Below are positions 29,055 to 37,159 of a DNA stretch of 37,159 nt, piece after piece. The stretch comes from Promethearchaeota archaeon. Lineage in GTDB: Archaea; Asgardarchaeota; Lokiarchaeia; Sigyniarchaeales; SOKP01. The notes under the pieces are model-generated. The model searched no databases. It was not told the origin of the DNA and was given only the letters and a program-made list of their open reading frames with translations. The stretch covers positions 1 to 37,159 of the forward strand of contig JAHLWH010000231.1 in assembly GCA_019058015.1 (NCBI GenBank). Direction: 5' to 3'. The stretch's first letter is position 1. Each line of letters begins with the position of its first letter. Both the position numbers and the translations under genes were made by a program.

Positions 29055-30648
29055 TGCTGTCATCCAAGAAAAAATTCTAAGGATCAATCTCAACTTTTCT
29101 TTTTTTTATTCTTCGATTCTTTTTACGCCTCCAGTATCCTTGGAGCGGCGCTTTAATGAGACCTTTATTAACCCATCTATCCTTGTAATGTTGTATTCTT
29201 CCATAACTTACTCCTAAAGATTTGGCAATGTCTGTCATTGGCTTCAACCATAAGAGAGTTTCTAATTCTCCTGGTGTAAGTTTAAATTTCCTCATCTTTT
29301 CTCTTGCCTTATTAAGTTGTACTAACCTTTGTTTTATACCTGTGAGACGATTTCTCTTTCTTTCCAAACTTTTTTGGTAGTTATCCAACATTTCATTGTA
29401 TAAATCAGCACCTAAAAATAAACCATTTACAGTACCTTTAATTACACGTCCATCAGGCATTATCCCTTCAGAAATACTCCGAGTAATTTTGCAATTAATA
29501 TTAAATAAATCTTTAATTTTCTCCAGAAATCTTTTACTTCCACAACATATCTCAGAAGTATTTGCTATCCCATCACCGTCATAAAACCCTAAAACAAAAG
29601 ATAAATATTGTTTTCGAGATTTTAATTTAGGGAGTTCTATATTTTTCGATTTCGCTTTACCTGCAATGAATCCATGACATTGAAGCCAATACGCAAATTC
29701 TTTATTATCAAACCTAACAATAATGAACTCTTTTACCTCACCATCTTTGTTTCTATATCGCTTTACTTGTCTATATCTTATATCATAACCAATTTCATCA
29801 GTAAACCTTTCTAACAGTTCTATGTCTTCTGAATTACACCCAACTCCAAATTCAAAAGAATCAGAATCACCAATTTTTGATAACCATCCTTCAGCAAACA
29901 ACCAACCGAGCCAATAAGCCTTTTCTTTCGTGTCTATCCGCTCAAAATAATTCACTTTAAGATTAGGATGATGCTCAAAAACAGTTATACCGTGCTTATA
30001 CTTTTTCAAGTTGTTTAGCTCCCGATATTTCTCTAAAAATTTAATAGTTTTATCTTTAACATCTCGTAACAATAACCTATATTCTTTATCAACGGCCTCT
30101 TTCTTCCATAAACTAAATCTAGATTTTAGGAATAATTCATAATCACCCAACATATCTTGTACAATTTCATTACCCTTATTTTTTTTTCTTCTTATATGGC
30201 TTTCTACTTGACCTAGGTATAGACTTAACATTGTATCAGTTAATTTTCCTCCCCATAAAACATCTAAAGGAACAATGCTTTCTAAATTTTTTCTTATATC
30301 TTCAAATAAATCATTTGCACTGTATTTTTTTAATTCCTCAATCTTGTTTTCATGCATATCAAAATTTCCAATTATTTCTTCTAATTTCTCCTAAATGAAT
30401 TTTTTGTAATTCATAGTTTTTTTTAAAAAGTATTTAAATAGAAAAAATTTTTTTTCAAGATTTCTTTTTATTTGATCTTTAATTTTAAATATTTTCTTAC
30501 ACATATTATTAACAGGAGTCTTAAGCAATTTACTAATTTTATTTTACAAAAAGATCCTTATCTGGTATATAATGAAATAATTCTTGATACCCTATTTTTC
30601 TATTTGTCTAAACGATTAGATCTTTTTTTTAATTTTATATATTTGATA
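28899..30648. mobile_element. Putative ~1.75-kb free-standing homing-endonuclease element carrying a replacement 3' end of the phosphohexomutase gene
   Basis: LAGLIDADG gene bracketed by two diverged copies of the host gene's last ~52 codons at an offset of 1750 bp; boundaries are approximate. Confidence 0.65.
29077..30357 (-). CDS. Two-motif LAGLIDADG homing-endonuclease-like protein with a C-terminal HTH-like domain
   Basis: IDTKEKAYWLGWLFAEG and FVLGFYDGDG motifs; C-terminal KPMTDIAKSLGVS...PLQGYW; no intein splice motifs. Confidence 0.85.
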   Translation of the reverse strand: MHENKIEELKKYSANDLFEDIRKNLESIVPLDVLWGGKLTDTMLSLYLGQVESHIRRKKNKGNEIVQDMLGDYELFLKSRFSLWKKEAVDKEYRLLLRDVKDKTIKFLEKYRELNNLKKYKHGITVFEHHPNLKVNYFERIDTKEKAYWLGWLFAEGWLSKIGDSDSFEFGVGCNSEDIELLERFTDEIGYDIRYRQVKRYRNKDGEVKEFIIVRFDNKEFAYWLQCHGFIAGKAKSKNIELPKLKSRKQYLSFVLGFYDGDGIANTSEICCGSKRFLEKIKDLFNINCKITRSISEGIMPDGRVIKGTVNGLFLGADLYNEMLDNYQKSLERKRNRLTGIKQRLVQLNKAREKMRKFKLTPGELETLLWLKPMTDIAKSLGVSYGRIQHYKDRWVNKGLIKAPLQGYWRRKKNRRIKKRKVEIDP

Positions 30649-30807
30649 AAAATTAATATCTTTGAATTAAAGAGAGATCAAGCAAAATTATATTTTAGAC
30701 CAAGTGGAACCGGACCTGATGTCAGATTTTATATCTTTGGGAAAAAAGAAACTTATTTAGAAGAGATTAATACTGTTATGAAAATTATAAAAGAGAAATA
30801 CTCTTAG
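30649..30807 (+). pseudogene. Orphan duplicate 3' end of the phosphohexomutase gene
   Basis: KINIFELKRDQAKLYFRPSGTGPDVRFYIFGKKETYLEEI compared with KIDTYRLKSEDSILYFRPSGTGPDVRFYIFGKRETHLEEI at 28899-29054. Confidence 0.88.
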
Positions 30808-30808
30808 A

Positions 30809-32404
30809 CTATTCTTCATCTATTACTTCTGTTTGTTTAATTCCAGGAATTATTATTTTGTTTTTTTCAATTCTTAAAATATTATATCCCTGAAGTTTTT
30901 TCATAATTTTTAATAAATTCTCCTCATCCCATTTTAGTCCTTTTAAAAATTCTTCTTTTGTCATGGGTTTTTTATTTATAGTAAATAATAAAAACTCTTT
31001 ATCTTTATCATCCAATTCAATTTCTTGAAACATGTATATTCTTCCCCTGCCTAACATAAAAGAATCTTTAATCATTTGCATTTCTTGGAATTTATGGAGA
31101 ACATCTAAAATCTTTTTAACATTTATCTTTGGATAATCTTCTTTTATATGTTCATAAATTTTTGAAAATTGCATTAATCCTCCATTTAAGATTAGATTTT
31201 GCTCATAATATTCAAGTATTTTTTCCGAAATTTGTTCTCTAGTGATTTCTTGGGACGACGGTTTAGTATCGAAATAAGCTATTTCCTCCAGCTTTTGCAT
31301 AGCAATCTTTAAATCATCTATATCATTTAACCTCTGATCTTCAATTTTTTTTAGTTTTTGTTGTTTTAAACGCATTTTTTCTTTAAATTCATCTTCTCTC
31401 TCTTTTTGACGGTGTCTTTTTCGTTCAAAATCTTCTTTTTCTTGTTTAATTTGATTTTCTATGAATTCAATCCATTTTTTCCTCTCATCCACATTTCCAA
31501 AGCCGTCAATTTTGATGTTTTCATCATATATTGTTAGAAGTTCTTTTTCTTTTAATGAATTTATCACCTTCAAAGCAAAATCATTATTCCATTCAGTAAG
31601 TTCCATTAATTTTTGAGGAGTTAAATAATCTTCTGCATATGCAAATGCAAGAAGAACCTTTTCAGATTGATTAAAACTTAATTTTTCCCTTTTAAAAACA
31701 ATTAAACTCAACTCTGGATTGACTTCAATAAAATCATTAAAAAATCCCGTCTCTTTCATTATATTAAAAATTGTTTCAAAATCTTCATTCTTTAATTGAG
31801 GAACACTTTTTAAGGAATGAAATATCAATCTATCGTTAGGTATTATTTTATATTCTTTTAAGTTTAATTCATTTATTATAGAATTGATTTTTTGAGACAT
31901 TTTATCAAAAAACAATCCTCTCGCAACATCAACTGTCTTTTGATCCTTTAAATATTTCGTTTCATCCAAACTTTCCAACATTTCTATTGCGCTTTTCAAA
32001 TCTGTTAAGTCCTTTTGTCTTTCTTCTTCAGAAATGGGCATTGCAGACGATAAATCTTGGAAAAAAGTTCGATATTTTACATCTGCTTGCTGAATAATTT
32101 CTACCTCAGATTTTCTTTCTTTAAAAGACTCTTCGGCAAGTTTCGTTCTTTGAGAGGTTTTTTCGGCAATTTCACTTTCAGTTTCAGCAATTATTTGAGA
32201 AATTTGAGCTAATTTTTCCATCATAACATTTTTCTTTTCTTTTAAGGCATATTTTTCAAGTATAATGTCTAAGGATTTTTCTTTTTTCTCAAATTCTTCA
32301 GTTAACTGCATTTTTTGTATTTGTTGATAATAGAAAAACGTCAATAATAAGAAAAACGTCAATAAACCGCTGGATATGATGAATACAACTAGAAAGGTTG
32401 ACAT
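30809..32404 (-). CDS. Membrane-anchored coiled-coil protein with two EAP30/Vps22-Vps36-like tandem winged-helix modules
   Basis: N-terminal TM and coiled coil; module 1 ends LTPQKLMELTEWNNDFALKVINSL; a charged helix follows; module 2 reads NGGLMQF...ELDDKDKEFL...MTKEEFLKGLKWDEENLLKIMKKL. Confidence 0.65.
   Translation of the reverse strand: MSTFLVVFIISSGLLTFFLLLTFFYYQQIQKMQLTEEFEKKEKSLDIILEKYALKEKKNVMMEKLAQISQIIAETESEIAEKTSQRTKLAEESFKERKSEVEIIQQADVKYRTFFQDLSSAMPISEEERQKDLTDLKSAIEMLESLDETKYLKDQKTVDVARGLFFDKMSQKINSIINELNLKEYKIIPNDRLIFHSLKSVPQLKNEDFETIFNIMKETGFFNDFIEVNPELSLIVFKREKLSFNQSEKVLLAFAYAEDYLTPQKLMELTEWNNDFALKVINSLKEKELLTIYDENIKIDGFGNVDERKKWIEFIENQIKQEKEDFERKRHRQKEREDEFKEKMRLKQQKLKKIEDQRLNDIDDLKIAMQKLEEIAYFDTKPSSQEITREQISEKILEYYEQNLILNGGLMQFSKIYEHIKEDYPKINVKKILDVLHKFQEMQMIKDSFMLGRGRIYMFQEIELDDKDKEFLLFTINKKPMTKEEFLKGLKWDEENLLKIMKKLQGYNILRIEKNKIIIPGIKQTEVIDEE
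32332..32365. repeat. 16-nt direct repeat with an 18-nt period in the TM-coding segment
   Basis: AGAAAAACGTCAATAA at 32332-32347 and 32350-32365, encoding LLTFFL/LLTFFY. Confidence 0.8.
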
Positions 32405-32603
32405 TTTTCTTCAGAATTATTCCTTTTTTTTAATTCTATTAAAATAATAATTTTCTTTCTTAGTTATAAATCATTTCTTATTAATTGTAGAATTTAGTTA
32501 ATATATTTAAAAATTTGATAATTAGAATGTTATAAATTAATAAAATATGTTTCGTTTTTAATGGATATTAGACTTTAAAATGAATATTTAAACTGAGTTA
32601 AAT

Positions 32604-33857
32604 ATGAAGATACAAGAAAAAATTATCACGGATGAAATTTTAGAAAAATTGGAATTGGGTAATTTTTACAAGATTTTGAATCAAAATATCTTTCCATTAT
32701 TAAAGGAAGAAGAGCAAACTTTTGTCAAAGAACTTGAAGACTTTTGTATCGAGTTAGCCCCTAAGATTGATAGAGAAAAAGATGTTTATGTATTATTTCC
32801 AAAACTTGGAGAACATGGATATATCCAACGAATGAATAAATATAAAGATTTTACTCCTTATGGGATGAAATATGAGGTCTTATTGGGCACTATTTTAAGC
32901 ATTTGTGATCCACAGTTAGACCTTGCGCGCTTAGCTAGCGGAATACTCTGTGGTAATCCTACATATCAACATGGAGAGACGGACGAGATTCTTAAAGTTC
33001 AGGCAGACTTAATGGAAGGGAAAGGCGTTGGCTGTATTATGATAACAGAACCTGAAAGGGGTTCAGACGCGGTCAACATGACAACCATTTGCGAGAAAGT
33101 CGATGATGGAGTTATTTTTAATGGAGAGAAGATCTTCACAACCAATGGTCCAAAAGCTGATTACTTTGTAGGGTATGGCGTCTACGATGTGAAAGACCCA
33201 CGGGGTACTATGGTTCAAGCAATGTTTAAAAAAGAATTTGGTATTAGAACCGAAAGATTACTCATAAATAGTGCTCCAAGAGTGCATATTGCTCATACTT
33301 ATCTTGAAAATGTTAAAGTTCCGTATCCATATATATTAGGAGATAATGGAAAAGGATATAATTATTTATTTGATGGCTTGGTACCTGAAAGAATAAGTAT
33401 TGTAGGGAGTTCATTGGGTATATGCTGGAATGGACTTATTCATGGACTTATTTATTCTAATTTAAGAAAACAATTTAATAAAAATATTATTAGTTATCAA
33501 GGTATCGGGTTTCCACTTGCTGATTTATTTACTAAAGTAACTGCGGCAACAATGATGAGTTTTCAAATAGCATCAATTTATGATGATAAAATTCTCTTTG
33601 TTGAAAAACCAACTAAAGAAATCGAAAAATGGATGGCTTCTTTATCATCGCAAATAAAATATTATGGGTGTAAGCTTTCTCATGAAGTCTGTTACGAAGT
33701 TCAAAATCATATGGGCGGTATATCTCTTACTGATAATACTCTAATAGATGAGGCAATGAATACTTCCAAGGTGGAAGAGGTAATTGGTGGGACGAGAAAC
33801 GTACAATTGCTCATTGTGCAAAATTCAATACGTAGAATGTTCAGTTCAATTTTATAG
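32604..33857 (+). CDS. Acyl-CoA dehydrogenase family protein
   Basis: ITEPERGSD, NGEKIFTTNG, RKQFNK...YQGI, MGG and GGTRNVQ motifs. Confidence 0.93.
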   Translation: MKIQEKIITDEILEKLELGNFYKILNQNIFPLLKEEEQTFVKELEDFCIELAPKIDREKDVYVLFPKLGEHGYIQRMNKYKDFTPYGMKYEVLLGTILSICDPQLDLARLASGILCGNPTYQHGETDEILKVQADLMEGKGVGCIMITEPERGSDAVNMTTICEKVDDGVIFNGEKIFTTNGPKADYFVGYGVYDVKDPRGTMVQAMFKKEFGIRTERLLINSAPRVHIAHTYLENVKVPYPYILGDNGKGYNYLFDGLVPERISIVGSSLGICWNGLIHGLIYSNLRKQFNKNIISYQGIGFPLADLFTKVTAATMMSFQIASIYDDKILFVEKPTKEIEKWMASLSSQIKYYGCKLSHEVCYEVQNHMGGISLTDNTLIDEAMNTSKVEEVIGGTRNVQLLIVQNSIRRMFSSIL

Positions 33858-33938
33858 AATTAAGTAAATTAACTCTTTCTTTTTCTTTTTTAATATTTAC
33901 ACAAGTTTCTTTACAGTCTTTAAGAAATTCGCAAAAAT

Positions 33939-35225
33939 TCAAAAATTTAATAAATATTGAAGAGTAATTTTAACAGAGTTTGCTAAAGTTTGTCCTACTA
34001 ATAATTCCTTTTTATCTTTTACAGTATTTGATACTGCAGCGAATGAATAAAACCAAACTGAGTCTATATTTCTTATCCCAAAACAAGCATGATCCGACGG
34101 AGGATAGTAGAACCATGATGTCTTTGTAGGTATCCCCAATGATTCCGCACTTGCCTTCAATTTATTGACTATTCCCTTATCATGTTTTATTACTCTGGGA
34201 AAACCAAAAGATCTTCCAAAACTGATTTTACCTTTAGAGCCGCACCCATCATATGAAATTACATGAATTTTTTCAATACCATATAAATTAATTAATTTTT
34301 GAAGGTGTTTTTCTACAAATGATAAACTTCCTACTAATCCTTCCTCTTCAGCGTCCCATAATGAAAATATAATATCTACATTAGGTAAATTTATATCTTT
34401 TAGAGCTAGAGCAATACCTAATACTGTTGAAACTCCACTAGCGTTATCTATGGCCCCATCAGAAAAATTCTGTAATTTTCTAGAAAGTCTAAGAAACAAT
34501 GATAAAATCGTCAAAGAACAGAATATCAGATAAATTATCATAAATATATAGTACCAGATCCCTTGCAGAATCAAAAGTACGATTGGAAAAAATCCAATTA
34601 TCAAAATACCTATGGTATTAAAAATTGATGTGAATATTATTAAAAAAGGTCCAAATGAAACATTTATTGAATCATAATGAGCACTTAGAATTACAAGATG
34701 TCGTTTATTTTTAGTTTTTTTCTCAAAATCTAATTGAAATTCATTTGATTCATCAGAAAAAATTAGTCTAGATTCAATTGATTTAATTGTAAATATATTT
34801 TGTCCATTCCTGATTAGCTCTTTTTGCTTAGTCTTAAACTTCTTCCAATTAATTAGAGAGAATTGACTTATCTCCTGGTAATATGAAAATTCAATTACTA
34901 ATAAAACAATAATTAATGTTCCGGGAATCAAAATCCAGATGATTCTTTCTTGTGTGAAAGGAAAATACAAAATTAATAGCCCAATAATCCCTAAAATGTA
35001 TATAATTCGTATGATATTAAAAATAAATGAACGAAATAAATAGGAATAAGTAAAATTCTGAAAATGTGGTTTATATTCTAGTTCTATAATCTTTGAAACT
35101 AAAAGCTCTCTTGCTTTTAGATTTCCTTCGCTCCCAACCCTACGCGGAAAACTTAAATCATAAGCATCCTTAAGTATTTGGTCCTTATTTATATTCTTAA
35201 TTATATTAGTGTTTATTTCACTCAT
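33939..35225 (-). CDS. Membrane-embedded M28 family metallopeptidase
   Basis: PRRVGS, SAHYDS, GAIDNASG, DAEEEGLVGS and SDH motifs, with two TM hairpins inserted. Confidence 0.88.
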   Translation of the reverse strand: MSEINTNIIKNINKDQILKDAYDLSFPRRVGSEGNLKARELLVSKIIELEYKPHFQNFTYSYLFRSFIFNIIRIIYILGIIGLLILYFPFTQERIIWILIPGTLIIVLLVIEFSYYQEISQFSLINWKKFKTKQKELIRNGQNIFTIKSIESRLIFSDESNEFQLDFEKKTKNKRHLVILSAHYDSINVSFGPFLIIFTSIFNTIGILIIGFFPIVLLILQGIWYYIFMIIYLIFCSLTILSLFLRLSRKLQNFSDGAIDNASGVSTVLGIALALKDINLPNVDIIFSLWDAEEEGLVGSLSFVEKHLQKLINLYGIEKIHVISYDGCGSKGKISFGRSFGFPRVIKHDKGIVNKLKASAESLGIPTKTSWFYYPPSDHACFGIRNIDSVWFYSFAAVSNTVKDKKELLVGQTLANSVKITLQYLLNF

Positions 35226-35382
35226 TATTAAAATATTTAACTTCCATGAAATTTATTATTTTATTTTTACAATTTATCAAATTGAAATAAAAAAAAAGAG
35301 GTTAAAAAAAATTTGATAAAATTATTCATTTAACACTTCTTTTACAGTATTATATTATTAAATTATCAATTAGCAACTCTTA

Positions 35383-35877
35383 CTATCTATCTGGAGCTTT
35401 TCTTCCAAGCCACTCTTTATAGAATGCATCAATGTCGGGCAGAAAATTAAAAATTGTAGGATATCCAGGAGGTACAGCTTCCGTATCTAGCAGTGTAAAA
35501 CAACCAGGACAGAAATATTCTCTAAGTTCCATCCAATCTGGGTCACTAGACATGTATTTTGGATAAAATTCTTCAAGCTCTTCAGCTGTATCTCTCACTC
35601 TTATTCTGCATTTTTTCTTCCAGTTCTCTTTATAATCTCCAAACTCATATCCGCAATCACATTTTACTATTCTTTTACCATCCTTTGAGACAATATGTAA
35701 ATGTTCATGAATTGGTAAGATGATTTTTTCGTCCCAAGAGACTTTTTCTTGTAAAATCTCAATAATTTTATCAAATCTATCAGGATCCTTTGTGCCACTT
35801 ATTATTGGTTTTAATTCCTCCCAAGTTAAATCCCCATCAATCATTCTTTCAAGTGTCTTTTTATCATATTTTACCAT
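35383..35877 (-). CDS. acxC: Acetone carboxylase gamma subunit-like
   Basis: KCDCG...YKENWK, REYFCPGC and PPGYP...FLPDIDAFYKEWLG; coupled to the upstream alpha subunit through an embedded GGAGGTG SD. Confidence 0.88.
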   Translation of the reverse strand: MVKYDKKTLERMIDGDLTWEELKPIISGTKDPDRFDKIIEILQEKVSWDEKIILPIHEHLHIVSKDGKRIVKCDCGYEFGDYKENWKKKCRIRVRDTAEELEEFYPKYMSSDPDWMELREYFCPGCFTLLDTEAVPPGYPTIFNFLPDIDAFYKEWLGRKAPDR

Positions 35878-35878
35878 T

Positions 35879-37159
35879 TTATTTCACCTCCAGTTGGAAA
35901 TCCTCGGGTAATCTCCAAAACTCTAGGAAATTTTTTGCCCATTTTATGGATAAATTTAAACTTTCAGAATACATTCGTTTTACCGGTTCACTCAGCATAT
36001 CTTCTGTTATTTTCCACCGTTCTTGTTCCCAATAATCATCAAATGTCAAGGATTTATCTTTTCGTTCCGCTCTAATTTCTTCTCGACGTATGTCTGTGCC
36101 CATTTTGTCGATTACCCACTCTCCCATTTCTTCATCATATTCTGCTACTACACCATAAATATTATAGACTAAATCATTTGTGTAAATTCCATTATTAAGG
36201 TCTTGTTTTACACTCTCCACCTTTCTCTCTAGAGGATCACCGTATCCTGGACCTCCACTTAATGCGTAATAAATAATATCGTTATTCTCCAAGATGATAG
36301 GATAAATTGTGCAGTATTTCTTTCTCACAATATCTCCCTCTAGTAATTTCTCAAATTCACCATTACTAGGATCTGGATCTCCTAATGGATATTCTTTTTG
36401 ATTTTGTATAATCTCCTGAATATTTGTCTTTTTAGCATAAAGTCGATATCCAGTTGCATGAGGATAACCCCCGTGCATACCACCAGAACCATGAAAAACA
36501 TAACCATCCCTAGCTCCAAAAAAATCAACTTCTTTCGAATTTGCAATCATTGCTACTCCTTCATAATTCGCTCCACCTCGATATTTTCCATGACCTGCGG
36601 TATTTGGTTTAACTCTTCTTGATAAATAAGGAATTCCTCCTTGAAATAGTTCCCATGTTTCAACATCTCCAAGGTCAGCCTCTGGATTCCACATTGAATA
36701 CCCCCAATCCAGTCCATCTTTTACGCCACTCGCTCCTAACCCTTGACCGCTAATCTCAAATGTTGATAATGACCATCTTTCCCCTTTAAGTGGCCCAGCT
36801 GAATAAATCCCTCCGCCTTGAATCGCATCTCCAGTAAATCCATACCCCGGAACGATTTCTTCTCTATATCCACGCGAGAATAATCCATAAGATAGACACT
36901 TCATCATTCCTGTATAAGCAGGAATCAAATTACCCCAAGGACTCTGATATGATAAAGAAGAATCTCCTGGATTACACCATGTTCCTAGTGGGTAATCTGT
37001 ATCTACAGCAAAATACGCCCCATCATTCACTTTATCTCTATATATTAAAATCTGCGTTAAAAGAACCCATTGACCTCCTTCCATTGCTCCTTTTGCACAG
37101 TTCATGGGATTTGCTCCGGGACCACTTGCTCCATCAAATGAAAGTAACATTTTTCCATC
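35879..37159 (-). CDS. acxB: Acetone carboxylase alpha subunit / hydantoinase B family, 5'-truncated by the window edge
   Basis: WNPEADLGDVETWE, GHGKYRGG, GMHGGYP and GGPGYGDPLER motifs; adjacent to the gamma subunit. Confidence 0.85.
   Translation of the reverse strand, partial: DGKMLLSFDGASGPGANPMNCAKGAMEGGQWVLLTQILIYRDKVNDGAYFAVDTDYPLGTWCNPGDSSLSYQSPWGNLIPAYTGMMKCLSYGLFSRGYREEIVPGYGFTGDAIQGGGIYSAGPLKGERWSLSTFEISGQGLGASGVKDGLDWGYSMWNPEADLGDVETWELFQGGIPYLSRRVKPNTAGHGKYRGGANYEGVAMIANSKEVDFFGARDGYVFHGSGGMHGGYPHATGYRLYAKKTNIQEIIQNQKEYPLGDPDPSNGEFEKLLEGDIVRKKYCTIYPIILENNDIIYYALSGGPGYGDPLERKVESVKQDLNNGIYTNDLVYNIYGVVAEYDEEMGEWVIDKMGTDIRREEIRAERKDKSLTFDDYWEQERWKITEDMLSEPVKRMYSESLNLSIKWAKNFLEFWRLPEDFQLEVK

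Noticed and set aside
29077-30357. LAGLIDADG ORF as an intein or intron-encoded protein
   Set aside because: It is antisense to and outside the host ORF, lacks C/S...HN splice motifs, and the host gene is complete without splicing
30472-30648. N-terminal half of the 111-aa track ORF as a real gene
   Set aside because: AT-rich non-coding-like translation with no similarity to the phosphohexomutase; only 30649-30807 is homologous
1-37159. tRNA, rRNA, CRISPR array or IS element
   Set aside because: No cloverleaf, GC-rich structural RNA, regularly spaced repeats or transposase was recognised by eye; tRNAscan-SE/Infernal would be needed to exclude small RNAs

Overview
Very AT-rich archaeal DNA, most consistent with an Asgard archaeon (Lokiarchaeia/Promethearchaeota-like). 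This is inferred from a Rab-like GTPase, a longin-Arf-like GTPase fusion, an Rpn11/CSN5-like JAMM protein, a PCI-like protein and an EAP30 (ESCRT-II)-like protein lying among ordinary archaeal metabolic genes. The window holds about 30 genes. These include tandem SERCA-type P2A ATPases (one with an in-frame TAA), two M28 peptidases, a two-subunit aconitase X, two HdrD-like CCG proteins, a 3-gene membrane operon, an iron-sulfur flavoprotein, a radical SAM protein, a Zn-finger protein, a DMT transporter, a family III CoA-transferase, a phosphoesterase, a polyprenyl synthase frameshifted in an A12 run, PncC, a phosphohexomutase, an acyl-CoA dehydrogenase and acetone-carboxylase-like alpha/gamma subunits. 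No tRNA, rRNA or CRISPR array was recognised. Four observations stand out. (1) A free-standing LAGLIDADG endonuclease gene is flanked by two synonymously diverged copies of the phosphohexomutase 3' end, 1750 bp apart, as expected for a homing element that supplies a replacement gene tail. (2) A membrane-anchored protein carries two EAP30/Vps22-Vps36-like modules. (3) Two genes appear to start at ATT codons. (4) A JAMM-TPR fusion lies near a PCI-like gene. All family assignments come from motif recognition by eye; no database searches were run.
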